Shown in pieces: positions 8,251 through 18,285 of a DNA stretch of 24,589 bases (the first letter of the stretch is position 1; the number at the start of each line of letters is the position of its first letter). Where the stretch lies: IMG/VR virus record IMGVR_UViG_3300020042_002797, positions 1-24,589 of that record; one strand, 5' to 3'. The stretch is from a virus (lineage: Duplodnaviria > Caudoviricetes). Position numbers and translations under genes: made by a program. Below the pieces are notes generated by a model. That model had not been told where the DNA came from, did no database searches, and worked only from the letters and a program-made list of their open reading frames with translations.

Positions 8251-11200
8251 ATGGCAAGCGGCCCAGCAGCAAATAAAAAAAAAGCAGAAGTAGTTCCTAA
8301 ACCCCCAAAAGGGGTTCCTGCAAACGCGACCCCTGTATATCAAAATGCGGGCCGTTTGGGCGGAAGAGAAATTGTTAGTTGGCAAATTAGAGACAACGAA
8401 AATAAAACAATTAGCACTTGGAACCCACGCGGGGTGTCTCAAGGTACTAAAAATATGCCAAAGGGATATGCTCCGGGAACGGGGCCACCATCTGGCGGCG
8501 GGTTCTTTGGTTCTATTTCTAACGCCGTTACCAACGTATTACAGCCCATAGAGAAAGCTGTCACCGCTGGTGTGGCGGATGTCAAAAAGGGCGCAACTCA
8601 AGTATTGCAGCCTGTAGAAAAAGCAGTCACCGCTGGCGTTGCGGATGTGAGCAAAGGCGCGACCAACCTACTACAGCCTGTGGAGAAGGTGGTTACAGCG
8701 GTAGCCAGCGACCCTAAAGCACTTGCCGCCGTTGCTCTTGCTGTTGCGGCCCCATATGCCGCTGCACAACTGCTTCCATACCTGAGTGCTTTTGGAGCAT
8801 ACGCTCCTATTGCTGCTCAGGCCATCACCGGAATTACGGTGCAAGTAGCGCAGGGCGTACCCATTGAAAAGGCCACAGAGAATGCGTTAATAAATGTGGC
8901 ACTGTCTGGTGCTTCCAGCGAAGTGCAGCGTCAAATTGGCAGCGTTGTCAAGAACGCCAATGTAGCCAACACCATCTCGTCTACCGTCGTCTCTGGACTT
9001 GCAACCGCTACAAAAGGCGGCTCTCAAGCGGACATTGAAAAGGCCATGACGGCTGGCCTTGTTGGGTCTACCGCATCCACCTTGTACGGCGAGGCTCTTG
9101 GTGTTTCTCCCGCAACATCTTCTGGGGCAAAAGTCGTAGCTAACGCCGCGAACCAAGCCGTGATGGGCGCAACGCCAGAGCAAATAGCAACATCGGCCAT
9201 CGGCCAAATTGGCGCAAACGTGGTAAAGGACGCTATCAAAACACCGCCTGTTGCTCCAGCGGTAAATGAAACAAAAGCAGAGACCGAAAGGCTGGAGAGG
9301 CTAAATGCCACATTAGATGCCGCCCCTGTGAGCGTTGCTTCTGGCGAAGATGTTGGACTTTCTCCTGAGCAAATTTCAGCCCGGATTGACAGCATTATTG
9401 CGGACTCCCCCGGAGTTCAAGTTGCGGGTGCGCTGCCTCTTGCAGAAATGTCGGCAAGTGCGCTATTGCAGCAGCCGGAAAGAGTGCTTCGGCTAGTTAA
9501 AGAAGCAGCCAATGACCCCAACTACAAGGTAATGCTGCCTGCCCTAGAGCGAAGCCTTGGTCAATTTGGACTGACCATTGCCGAAGTTGCATCAAGATTA
9601 AACCCCGCCTTTTTAGCCGCTCAATTAGCGACATTCAGCCCCAACGCTGGTGACCCTGATGAAGATGCAAAGATGGCGCAGATATTTAAAGACTATGGCC
9701 TCAAATTGCCAAGCGCAGTCACGCCGATTGAGACAACGCCCATTCAGTCTACTCCTGTCACCGGATTGGACATCACCAAAGAAAATGAATCACAAGCGGA
9801 AACAGAGCGCCTAACAAGACAGAATGAGCTACTAGCACCAACTGTTCTGGCAGAGCCTCCTCCCGTTGTTGAAACCGTTTCTGAGACCGCTCCCATAGTT
9901 GAGACTCCTCCAACGGAACCACTTGTTCTTGCAGAAACTGCACCTGTAGTTGAGCTTCCACCAAAGGAAACGGAAGCGACCATTATTCAAGTAGACCGCT
10001 ACACGGGAGACGCTCTTGTTCTGACTCCAGATGGAAGCATTTCCACTGTGCAAGTGAGTCCTGATGCGTCGGTTGGCTCTACTGTTGTTGTCTCTGCCCC
10101 AGCTTCTGAGCCTGTCATTGCCCCATCTACTGGGCCTACTACTGAGTCCGTTTTTACTCCAACGACAGTTCAGGAAATGTTGGACGCAATAGCAAATCCC
10201 ATTGGAACTGTTACACCGGCAGAAGTTGCTCCTGTTGTTGAGACTCTACCCGCTCCTGCTCCTATTATTGAGACAGCCCCTATTATTGAGACAGCTCCTG
10301 TAATTGAGACGGCCCCTGTAATTGAGACGGCCCCTGTAATTGAAACAGCTCCTGTAATTGAGACATCTCCTGTAATTGAGACATCTCCTGTAATTGAAAC
10401 AGCCCCTGTAATTGAGACATCTCCTGTAATTGAGACAGCTCCTATTATTGAGACAGCTCCTATTATTGAGACAGCCCCTATTATTGAGACGGCTCCCGTT
10501 GTCGATACAACTCCTATTCTTGAAACAGCCCCTGTTATTGAGACAGTTTCTTTGCCAACTACAGTCGAAGAAATACTGGACGCAATAGCAAATCCAGTTG
10601 TCTCAACCCCAGAAGCGGAGGTTGCTCCTGTTACTGAGCCTGTTTCCGATGGAAGAGAGCCGTGGGATACGGGCGACATTCCGGGGCAAACCATAACGGG
10701 GACACGGCCACCTGCGGAAGAAGTTGTGTCAGAAGAGCTTGACCTTGTTCCTATCCTTCCCCCGGTTCTCACCCCCGTTACCGATACCGTCACCAAGCCT
10801 GTTACCGATACCGTTACTGAGCCTATTACCGATACCGTTACTGAGCCTGTTACCGACCCCGTCGTTGTTGACCCGCCCGTTGTTCCACCTGTTGTACCAA
10901 AAGAAGAAGAAAAACCGACCACTGACCCCAAAAAACCGGACAAGCCTCTAATCAATGTTGTCACCGTTCCGCCCAAAAAACCATCCAAAACATTTCTGGA
11001 GGCTTTTGGAAGCACGGCCTCTGGCGCTATAACCAGCGCTGAACCGCCTGCCACGCAATTTAATTTGCCTACCGGCTTTCAGACCACAGTCACCCCGGAG
11101 CAAAAATTTGAAAGCGCCTTGGAGAAGTTCAATAAATTCCAACAGTCAGTTGACCCCAACGCCGTTCAGTACGCATTGAGCGACCAAACACCGCAAGAAG

Positions 11201-11715
11201 AAAATATGAACTCTTACACCTATGGCGTTGACCGCCCCATTAAAGACATCTTGTCTTCGCAAGAACCCTCTTTGCGAGAAGACGAGTATGTGTTTGATGA
11301 TGTGCCTGAATACATGCAGCCCAGAGTCCGCTCGGCTGCTGGCGGCGCAATTAGTGGCGCACTTGGCGGCACAAGGTATGGCCGGTATGCCCAAGGCGGC
11401 TTGAGCGTGCCCCTGATGGCGCACGGTGGCAAGATGCGGGTGGACTTCCGCCACGGAGACGCCGTAACGGGCGCTGGAGACGGCCAGTCAGATGACATCC
11501 CAGCCATGCTGGCAGACGGGGAGTTTGTGTTCCCAGCCGATGTGGTGGCGGCGATTGGAAACGGCTCCACAAAGGCGGGGTCGGATAAACTATATGACAT
11601 GATGCACGGCATTCGTGCCCATGTGCGGTCAGCAAAACCCAAAGATTTGCCGCCCGAGATTAAGTCACCGCTGGATTTCCTGAAGAACACCAAGCGCACC
11701 AAGGCAAGGAGCTAA
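8251..11715 (+). CDS. Large internal virion/ejection-type protein with a long Pro/Thr/Glu low-complexity region and a conserved C-terminal domain
   Basis: 1154 aa with an AGGAG RBS; Ala/Gly-rich hydrophobic N-half; C-terminal GDGQSDDIPAMLADGEFVFPADVV motif seen in phage virion proteins. Confidence 0.75.
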   Translation: MASGPAANKKKAEVVPKPPKGVPANATPVYQNAGRLGGREIVSWQIRDNENKTISTWNPRGVSQGTKNMPKGYAPGTGPPSGGGFFGSISNAVTNVLQPIEKAVTAGVADVKKGATQVLQPVEKAVTAGVADVSKGATNLLQPVEKVVTAVASDPKALAAVALAVAAPYAAAQLLPYLSAFGAYAPIAAQAITGITVQVAQGVPIEKATENALINVALSGASSEVQRQIGSVVKNANVANTISSTVVSGLATATKGGSQADIEKAMTAGLVGSTASTLYGEALGVSPATSSGAKVVANAANQAVMGATPEQIATSAIGQIGANVVKDAIKTPPVAPAVNETKAETERLERLNATLDAAPVSVASGEDVGLSPEQISARIDSIIADSPGVQVAGALPLAEMSASALLQQPERVLRLVKEAANDPNYKVMLPALERSLGQFGLTIAEVASRLNPAFLAAQLATFSPNAGDPDEDAKMAQIFKDYGLKLPSAVTPIETTPIQSTPVTGLDITKENESQAETERLTRQNELLAPTVLAEPPPVVETVSETAPIVETPPTEPLVLAETAPVVELPPKETEATIIQVDRYTGDALVLTPDGSISTVQVSPDASVGSTVVVSAPASEPVIAPSTGPTTESVFTPTTVQEMLDAIANPIGTVTPAEVAPVVETLPAPAPIIETAPIIETAPVIETAPVIETAPVIETAPVIETSPVIETSPVIETAPVIETSPVIETAPIIETAPIIETAPIIETAPVVDTTPILETAPVIETVSLPTTVEEILDAIANPVVSTPEAEVAPVTEPVSDGREPWDTGDIPGQTITGTRPPAEEVVSEELDLVPILPPVLTPVTDTVTKPVTDTVTEPITDTVTEPVTDPVVVDPPVVPPVVPKEEEKPTTDPKKPDKPLINVVTVPPKKPSKTFLEAFGSTASGAITSAEPPATQFNLPTGFQTTVTPEQKFESALEKFNKFQQSVDPNAVQYALSDQTPQEENMNSYTYGVDRPIKDILSSQEPSLREDEYVFDDVPEYMQPRVRSAAGGAISGALGGTRYGRYAQGGLSVPLMAHGGKMRVDFRHGDAVTGAGDGQSDDIPAMLADGEFVFPADVVAAIGNGSTKAGSDKLYDMMHGIRAHVRSAKPKDLPPEIKSPLDFLKNTKRTKARS
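8530..8703 (+). repeat. About 2.6 copies of a 66-bp (22-aa) coding repeat
   Basis: T(N/Q)(V/L)LQP(I/V)EKAVTAGVADV.KGA at 8530, 8596 and 8662. Confidence 0.85.
10261..10548 (+). repeat. Sixteen tandem 18-bp units encoding P(I/V)IET(A/S)
   Basis: Consensus CCT(G/A)T(A/T)ATTGAGACAGC(T/C), contiguous with no spacers. Confidence 0.95.
10774..10860 (+). repeat. About 3.6 tandem 24-bp units encoding PVTDTVTE
   Basis: CCTGTTACCGATACCGTTACTGAG-like units. Confidence 0.85.
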
Positions 11716-11717
11716 AC

Positions 11718-12749
11718 ATGTCTGATAGCATTTTTGACACGCGGGCAAATCCAGATGTAACTACGACTGCGACCACTACCTCGCAGGCACCGGACTACTA
11801 CACAAACTACTTGAGCAGCCTTTCGCAGGCTGGTCAAGATGCCCTTAATGTTGCAAACCCAATTGCCCCTCTTACCGCCATGCAGACGCAGGGCTACGGA
11901 CAAATTCCTACCGCCGCTGGCTCGTACCAGCCGGGGTTGACTGCCGCAACCTCCACGGCCAACATCGCAGCCGGTGGCGCGTTGCCACAAATTCAGAGCT
12001 TCATGAACCCGTACACCACCAACGTGGTGGACGAGATGGCCCGCTTGCAACAACTTAACATTCAGCGCAACTTGATGCCGCAACTCAAGGCTGGGTTTGT
12101 TGGCACGGGTGGTTTGGGTAGCCAGCGCTACGCTAATGTGATGGGTCAAACAATGTCTGACCTACAGTCCGACTTGCTTGGCAAGCAGTACGGCGCGTTG
12201 TCCGCTGGATACAAAAATGCGGTTGACGCAGCCAACACAAACGTCAGCAACTTAAACCAAGCTGCCCGCACACAAGGAGACCTTGCCGCGTCTGAACAGA
12301 CGCTTGGCCTTACTGGTGCAGGTGCTTTAACTAAGGCCGGTGCAGAGCAACAGTTGTACAACCAAGCGGTGATTGACGCTCCGCTGAAGAACGCTACTAC
12401 CGTTTCTGGGCTGATGCGCGGCTACACCGTTCCGGGCGGCACTACACGCGCAGAAACAGGGCCGCAAACCGCAGCCTACTATGCTGGCTCACCGCTTTCA
12501 CAAGCGTTGGGTATCCCTACATTGATTGCCAGCCAGTTGGGATATACCGCCGAAAAAGACAAGGCAGGCAACATTCTTAAAACAGCTAATAATCTGCAAA
12601 AAATCCTTGACATGGCGGGGCCGTATGTAACTGGCGGTGTGGACGCCATCAAGAATTGGTGGAAAAGCTATAGCTCGGATAGCCCAACTGATAGTTCGGG
12701 CGGCATGTATGAACTGAATGAAGAAACCGGCGAGTGGTATTTACCATAA
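11718..12749 (+). CDS. Putative internal virion / DNA ejection protein
   Basis: 343 aa, Gln/Ala/Gly-rich; FMNPYTTNVVD and GGLGSQR motifs; GGAG RBS; position within the virion operon. Confidence 0.7.
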   Translation: MSDSIFDTRANPDVTTTATTTSQAPDYYTNYLSSLSQAGQDALNVANPIAPLTAMQTQGYGQIPTAAGSYQPGLTAATSTANIAAGGALPQIQSFMNPYTTNVVDEMARLQQLNIQRNLMPQLKAGFVGTGGLGSQRYANVMGQTMSDLQSDLLGKQYGALSAGYKNAVDAANTNVSNLNQAARTQGDLAASEQTLGLTGAGALTKAGAEQQLYNQAVIDAPLKNATTVSGLMRGYTVPGGTTRAETGPQTAAYYAGSPLSQALGIPTLIASQLGYTAEKDKAGNILKTANNLQKILDMAGPYVTGGVDAIKNWWKSYSSDSPTDSSGGMYELNEETGEWYLP

Positions 12750-12759
12750 GGAATAAATT

Positions 12760-15009
12760 ATGGCGACAAAATCACAAGGCGGACTCCCCGCATCGGTCAC
12801 CAAGGCAAAGCCGGTCTATGGACAAACCACAGAAGAGGACGATGATGTTGACGCGGCTATGCGTCGGGTCATGGACGCCTACACTGCACGCCAGAACCGT
12901 GGTTACAACCCCGGCCTGATGGCAATTGCGCAGGGCTTGCTGTCCTCAAAAGGGAGCTTTGGCGAAGCCGCTGGCATGGCGGCAAAGAACTATCAGGATG
13001 TTCAGGGTCAGCTTCGCCAAGAAGACCTTGAGACCGCTCAAGCAGAGCTTCAGCTTACCCAAGCTAAACGTGACCAAGCGCTCGTGCGCAGGAGAATGGC
13101 GGGCACAGCAAAAATGCTTACTTCAGGCAGCGGTGCAATAGAAAATGCGCCTGTTGACCCAGATGCTTTTAATCAGTTGGTTATAAGTGGAGCCGACCCT
13201 GAAACTGCAATGCAGATATTGTCAACGCCTGTTGCCGCACCTAGAAAACAAAACATAGTTACGCCAGAAGGAATCGCCGAATACGTTTCAATGTTTGGGT
13301 CAAATGCAGAAAGCGACACAGCAATTAAGTTGTTGATGGCGCAAGATTCGGCATATGAGTTCAAAGATGGCTTGTTGATAAACAAGCGCGATAAAACTGC
13401 AATTCGTATTGTGCCTGTTGGTTTGCCAGCAGCCGGTGAAGACTCTAGACTAACCGCAACTATTGGCGGTGAAATTTTAATGGACTCCCGCTCTCGTTTG
13501 TTATACAACAACGCAGCATCTAAAGGAGAAGAGAACGCAAACAAGTTTGTTGAAGATTACAAAAAATTTGGTGTTGCTCCCGCTTGGGCAGAGAAGGCAT
13601 ACAGCACTGGGCCAATTAGACCGGAGGTTGACGCCGGTCAACTTAGCGTTTCCTTGCAGACCTTGGCGGGCAAAACAAATTCTTTGAAAAATGCATCCCC
13701 TGATGAGCTAAAGAAAATTCGCTTTACCCCGGCTGAGACCAAAATTCTTGGCGCGTTAAATCGAATCACGGCGGCTCAAGGCAACGTGGATAATTTGAGT
13801 CCTTACGACAAGCAGGTGCTGTCTATTGCACAAGGTTTGATGGGAAGACAAGAGCCTGTTAATTTGAATGGCTCGGTAGGCACTCTTTCCTTGGGTGATG
13901 TTCAAGCTGCTGCGCCAAAAGCCGCTGTCCCAGCACCCTTGGTTGCTGCTGCGCCATCACCGGCTCCCGACGCTGCGCCAGCGGCCAAAGCTGCCGCCTC
14001 ATCAGCCGTTGCACCGGCCCCTGCCGCTCTAGTTGCTGCCACCGCTCCAGTAGTCAAAGCCGATGTCCCTTCCGTTGATGGATTGCCACCTGCCCCAAAG
14101 CGAAAGCCTTACCCAAAGCTTCCAAGTGGAGTTCTGTCAACTCAGCAAAAAACGGAATACGAAAACAGTGTAAAAGAGATTGACAAACAATACGAGGCTG
14201 ATTTGGCGGCTTGGAAAGCTAAGTATGGCACTCAGGAAGCAGACCGCGCTCGTAGATTGCAGCGAGAATCAAATGTAGAAGAGGCAGGCGGGGAAGACCG
14301 CATTAAGGAAGCGCAGAAGCGCGAGTTTGCTGTTCCAGAAAAATTGAGTTTGGCAAAGTCCACCAAGTATGCAGCCTTGGATGTGATGAAAAGGGTTTCA
14401 GACAGTCCAGAGGCTTTTGGTCTGTTGGAGTATCCCGGCATCATCCCCGCAATCTTGACAATAGCTTCAGAGGGCGCAAGGGTTGGGGACACCAGCGTAA
14501 CGATTGCGGGGCTTCAATCCGCCATTGCCAAAGCGTCACCGGGAATGTCAGAAACTGCTTTAATTGACCGCACTTTGGCAAACAAAAGACTTGCTGAATT
14601 GCAGTTGATGTATGCCAAAAAAGACATGGCGGGTCAAGGCGCTATATCGGACAAAGAACGTGCATTGGCTGAAGCAATTGCGGGTAGCGTTAACGACAAT
14701 CCACTGGCACTTACTCGTCGGATGATGTTGCTGGTTGAGCGCAGTGACTTTGAGCAAAAAGAACTTGAGGCTTTTCGGTCTTGGCGCAAAAAGAACCCGG
14801 TCAGTACCAAAAAAGATTACTTTGACTTTCAAGAATCTGATGAACTTGCTTCCGTGCGCAAAGATTACGACAAAAAAATGGACTCTTTGTACGCCCAGTT
14901 TTTTGGCAAGGCGGAGGCCAAGGCTGCATCTGGTGCAACCACTGGTTCTGCTGATGCAAATCGCGTTAGGGCGCAAAAAGAAATTAACAAGATTTTGGGG
15001 GTGAAGTAA
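12760..15009 (+). CDS. Putative internal virion / DNA ejection protein
   Basis: 749 aa helical protein with an Ala/Pro linker and a GQGAISDKER motif near the C-terminus; AAGGA RBS. Confidence 0.7.
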   Translation: MATKSQGGLPASVTKAKPVYGQTTEEDDDVDAAMRRVMDAYTARQNRGYNPGLMAIAQGLLSSKGSFGEAAGMAAKNYQDVQGQLRQEDLETAQAELQLTQAKRDQALVRRRMAGTAKMLTSGSGAIENAPVDPDAFNQLVISGADPETAMQILSTPVAAPRKQNIVTPEGIAEYVSMFGSNAESDTAIKLLMAQDSAYEFKDGLLINKRDKTAIRIVPVGLPAAGEDSRLTATIGGEILMDSRSRLLYNNAASKGEENANKFVEDYKKFGVAPAWAEKAYSTGPIRPEVDAGQLSVSLQTLAGKTNSLKNASPDELKKIRFTPAETKILGALNRITAAQGNVDNLSPYDKQVLSIAQGLMGRQEPVNLNGSVGTLSLGDVQAAAPKAAVPAPLVAAAPSPAPDAAPAAKAAASSAVAPAPAALVAATAPVVKADVPSVDGLPPAPKRKPYPKLPSGVLSTQQKTEYENSVKEIDKQYEADLAAWKAKYGTQEADRARRLQRESNVEEAGGEDRIKEAQKREFAVPEKLSLAKSTKYAALDVMKRVSDSPEAFGLLEYPGIIPAILTIASEGARVGDTSVTIAGLQSAIAKASPGMSETALIDRTLANKRLAELQLMYAKKDMAGQGAISDKERALAEAIAGSVNDNPLALTRRMMLLVERSDFEQKELEAFRSWRKKNPVSTKKDYFDFQESDELASVRKDYDKKMDSLYAQFFGKAEAKAASGATTGSADANRVRAQKEINKILGVK

Positions 15010-15012
15010 ATT

Positions 15013-16587
15013 ATGGCTGAACTTACCTTTGGGCCTTTGTTAAACAAAGAGCAGGTTGCGTATGCGACGGAAGTTGCCGAGATGGCGCGGAAGATAGGTG
15101 TGCCCCCTGTGCTTGCGTTGGGCATTGCCTTCAAGGAAAGCTCACTTGACCCCAACGTGAAAGACAGCACTGCTGGCGCTATTGGCGGTATGCAAGTCAT
15201 GCCAGTCCATGCTAAAACATTTAATCTTACCATTGAACAGCTTCGTGACCCAAAAATTAACTTAGAGATTGGCCTCAAGTTGCTAAAGGAAAATTTAGAC
15301 AGAACCAAGGACAAAGACCATCCCAATGGCAATTGGCCGATGTCTGCTGCCCTGTACAACGCTGGTGACAAATTGCTCACCAACGCCAACATTGCCAAGA
15401 ATGGGTTCCCAGCAGAAACCGAAGACTATATTAAAAAGTTAAAAGAATACGGCGTCTTCAAAACAGCAGACAGCGCTCCTGCTGAGGATTACGCTGGAGA
15501 AGCTCCTGCCGATGCGTCTGCTGAAGCGCCTGCCGAAGCTGAAGACAAGTATGGGGAGTTCGAGCGCAAACTGGTTAAACGTCTGGAAGACACAAAGCCC
15601 GACAGAGACATCATTCGAGAAGCTACCGAGCGCAATCAAGCGCAACTTGTTGGCGCTGGTACGGGTGCAGCCATCACTGCTAAAAGGTTGGCTCCAGCGG
15701 CTATTAAATCTTTTGGGCAGATGGTCGAAGAAGGCAAGATTGCTGCCCAAGCTAGAGAAGCAGAACGAGTAGCAAAAGCTGCAATGGGCGCAGGGGGCGC
15801 TGGTATTACTCCGCCAGTGCAGGGCGGGTTGAGCGTTCTTGACCCTAATTCCAATCAGGCAACCAGAATTCTTCAGGGTACCACCGGGGACGAGGGAACC
15901 ACAGGCCGAGCAAGAACGGGATTCAACGAGGAGACCGCACGGCAGGCGGCGCAGCGCAAAGGGGCGGACAATATTGTTTCGCGGTTGAAGCAGGCTGGCG
16001 TAATTGCCAGTGATGCACCAGAGGTTCTTGCAACTACCTCCGGCATGACGTCTTCGCCATCGGGAGTTCAGTACCCACGCTCTGAGGCACGTCCAACTTT
16101 GGGGCCACGCGGCCCAGAAGGTCAAGTTGGCTACACAAGGCCATCACCGCCACCACCCCCGCCACCTCTAAGCCTTGGCGCAAGAACAATGACAAGGGCA
16201 ACCGCTGGGTTGGATTACGTCACAGATTTGTTCGCAGGCATGATGGATTCCAATGTAGGCAGAGGTCTTGGTAATTTCATGCGCATCGCAGGCCCACCCG
16301 CCGCCATTGCTGGCGTTTTAGGCGAAGGCATGAACATCAACCAACAAATGAATAAGCCAAGCGAAGAACGCAGTTACGGCGACATGGCTTTGTCTGGCCT
16401 TGGTGTTGCTGCTGGTCTAGCCTCGCTTGCTCCTGCTGCAACTGTGGCTATTCCCGCTGGGTTAACCGCTGCTGGAATTGCGGGCTATCGCTACCTTCGA
16501 GACCAAGCAGAAGCAGACGCAGCCAGACAGCGGATGACTGGTAAACCAGCTAAGCCCGTTCAGGCCCGTGGTTTTCGAGCACCGTAG
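15013..16587 (+). CDS. Virion-associated lytic transglycosylase (N-terminal SLT domain), ejection protein
   Basis: KESSLDP (catalytic Glu), GAIGGMQVMP, LYNAG and ETEDYIKK motifs; hydrophobic Gly/Ala-rich C-terminus. Confidence 0.87.
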   Translation: MAELTFGPLLNKEQVAYATEVAEMARKIGVPPVLALGIAFKESSLDPNVKDSTAGAIGGMQVMPVHAKTFNLTIEQLRDPKINLEIGLKLLKENLDRTKDKDHPNGNWPMSAALYNAGDKLLTNANIAKNGFPAETEDYIKKLKEYGVFKTADSAPAEDYAGEAPADASAEAPAEAEDKYGEFERKLVKRLEDTKPDRDIIREATERNQAQLVGAGTGAAITAKRLAPAAIKSFGQMVEEGKIAAQAREAERVAKAAMGAGGAGITPPVQGGLSVLDPNSNQATRILQGTTGDEGTTGRARTGFNEETARQAAQRKGADNIVSRLKQAGVIASDAPEVLATTSGMTSSPSGVQYPRSEARPTLGPRGPEGQVGYTRPSPPPPPPPLSLGARTMTRATAGLDYVTDLFAGMMDSNVGRGLGNFMRIAGPPAAIAGVLGEGMNINQQMNKPSEERSYGDMALSGLGVAAGLASLAPAATVAIPAGLTAAGIAGYRYLRDQAEADAARQRMTGKPAKPVQARGFRAP

Positions 16588-16783
16588 CTACGTTGGGGTT
16601 CATGCCCCGCACAATCTCCACGCAGCGCTCATGCTCTGCTTTTGCAAGATGCGGGTGGGCATATGCAATCAGGTTGTTAGCAAACTGAACGATGTCTACC
16701 TCGTCAGCAAGGATGGCGTCACGGCGTGGTCGGTCAGATTGAAAGAAAATCTGCTTGATGGTTTCGTCGGTCAGGTATTTCAT
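16550..16783 (-). CDS. Hypothetical phage protein
   Basis: ATG16783 overlaps the exonuclease stop (ATGA); 77 aa containing EHERCVEIV. Confidence 0.65.
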   Translation of the reverse strand: MKYLTDETIKQIFFQSDRPRRDAILADEVDIVQFANNLIAYAHPHLAKAEHERCVEIVRGMNPNVATVLENHGPERA

Positions 16784-17544
16784 GCGTGTTGGTTCTTGAG
16801 TTGCCAAAAAGATAAAAGATGGGTGAACATCATCCACCCTCGGTCAATGTCTGCCGCGTCCCACTCCTTGACCACGGCTAGACCGGGCACCGAGCGGGAG
16901 ACGAAGACGTTAGCACAGCGTGCCTTGGGTACACCTAGTCCTACGCGGTAGGCCGCAAGCTGCATCAGGTGTTCGTCGTAGGCGTCCACCTTGGCTGGGT
17001 CGCTGAATTCTTTGCTCTTCACGTCCACCACAATGCCGTCGCCGACGTTTGTGAACAGGTCGCACTTGCCGCCAAAGCCAAGCTCGTGGCCAAAGGAGCG
17101 CTCCGCAATCCAAGGGTGGTCTCCAAAATGGCCTTTGAGAGCCTCTACGCAGCCCTGTACGCTCTTTTCGTGGTCGCGGACTACCTGACCCTCATAGTAG
17201 CCCTGCACCGCCGCGTGGATGTCCGTGCCCTCGTTGGCAGCCGCCTTGCCTTGCTCCTTCGAGTCCTGCATAACACGCTTGCAGTAGTCGTCATCTGACT
17301 CTTCTGGCAGTTTTGGCAGTGTCAGTGCGGCCATCAGCACCTGATTCATCAGCCAAGCCGTCAGGGCGGGCTTTGCAGCCACGTTCAGGACGGTGGTGAC
17401 CGAGGGCACCAGACTCTCGGTGCGGGCGTCTCTGAGCGTTGTATTGCGCTCCTTGCCGTTCTTGCCGATGACGGTGTACCGGGGCACCCCATCACGGGTG
17501 TACCAGTGCTGTGACTCAGACGCTCTTGGTTCTGTTGCTTGCAT
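16780..17544 (-). CDS. PD-(D/E)XK phage exonuclease
   Basis: PSVTTVL, GTDIH, GGKCDL, VVDVKSK and QLAAY motifs; ATG17544 preceded by AAGGA. Confidence 0.88.
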   Translation of the reverse strand: MQATEPRASESQHWYTRDGVPRYTVIGKNGKERNTTLRDARTESLVPSVTTVLNVAAKPALTAWLMNQVLMAALTLPKLPEESDDDYCKRVMQDSKEQGKAAANEGTDIHAAVQGYYEGQVVRDHEKSVQGCVEALKGHFGDHPWIAERSFGHELGFGGKCDLFTNVGDGIVVDVKSKEFSDPAKVDAYDEHLMQLAAYRVGLGVPKARCANVFVSRSVPGLAVVKEWDAADIDRGWMMFTHLLSFWQLKNQHA

Positions 17545-17806
17545 TTTGTTCCTTACGTTTACGATATTGCATACGGGCGTAGCGGTTAGCTTCAACACGC
17601 TTTTGCATTTTTGCATCAACTTCTTTGGGTGTCATCAGATTACCAAGATGACGGTCTTCCAGAATGGCAACACGCTCTTGCAAGTCTTTGAGCTTGGCAG
17701 AAAGTCTGTCTTGCTCATTTTCCAAATGCCATCGCTCGGCTTCCATTTGCTTTACCTGCTGTGCGATGTACGCTTCCAATTCTTTTCTGGTCAAAAGTCC
17801 AAACAT
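17516..17806 (-). CDS. Hypothetical coiled-coil protein with a basic C-terminus
   Basis: ATG17806 preceded by TAAGGA; collinear with the operon. Confidence 0.65.
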   Translation of the reverse strand: MFGLLTRKELEAYIAQQVKQMEAERWHLENEQDRLSAKLKDLQERVAILEDRHLGNLMTPKEVDAKMQKRVEANRYARMQYRKRKEQNASNRTKSV

Positions 17807-17863
17807 GCTCAATCCTTAAAATAGGTGGGGTACTCGCTGCGTCCGTGGCATCGTGTCAGACAG

Positions 17864-18265
17864 TCACGCCACAACATCCGCTTTCCCCCGTAATTGCTCT
17901 TCAGTGTTTGCCCAGTCGTACCAGCGCGTAACAAATTTTTTGAGGTCATCAAAAGACTTACCGCGCACCCTAAAACGACCATCTGAGCAAAGTTGCTCAA
18001 ACTTTTCTACTACCGTCTCGCCATCCGTGTTGCCTTGGATGATGACTACGGTGAACTGGGGTTGCTTTGCCAAATTGAGTAATAGCAGACCCTGTCCTTG
18101 GCTGATGCGTTCACCTTCACGCTTCCACTCACCTACAAAGAACTTGCACTTGCGTTCAAAGACCATGTCAATATTGCAAGGGGTTGCCTTTGGGTTGCTC
18201 TCAATCAATCCTTTAAACTGAAAAAAATCAATGTGCGTTGCGTGTTGGTTGCGCATCAGCCTCAT
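17864..18265 (-). CDS. Hypothetical protein with a probable PD-(D/E)XK nuclease fold
   Basis: NIDMVFE...VGEWK...ISQGQ resembles the D...ExK...Q signature. Confidence 0.6.
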   Translation of the reverse strand: MRLMRNQHATHIDFFQFKGLIESNPKATPCNIDMVFERKCKFFVGEWKREGERISQGQGLLLLNLAKQPQFTVVIIQGNTDGETVVEKFEQLCSDGRFRVRGKSFDDLKKFVTRWYDWANTEEQLRGKADVVA

Positions 18266-18285
18266 GGTGAATTAACCCGTTTTAA

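Noticed and set aside
10261-10548. CRISPR-like array
   Set aside because: The units are contiguous 18-mers with no unique spacers, they stay in frame within a CDS, and there are no cas genes.
10170-11054. 294-aa antisense ORF
   Set aside because: It mirrors the repeat array on the opposite strand; the low-complexity codons explain the lack of stops.
17809-17877. 22-aa minus-strand mini-ORF
   Set aside because: It is too short to support, and the downstream gene has its own RBS, so no coupling role is needed.
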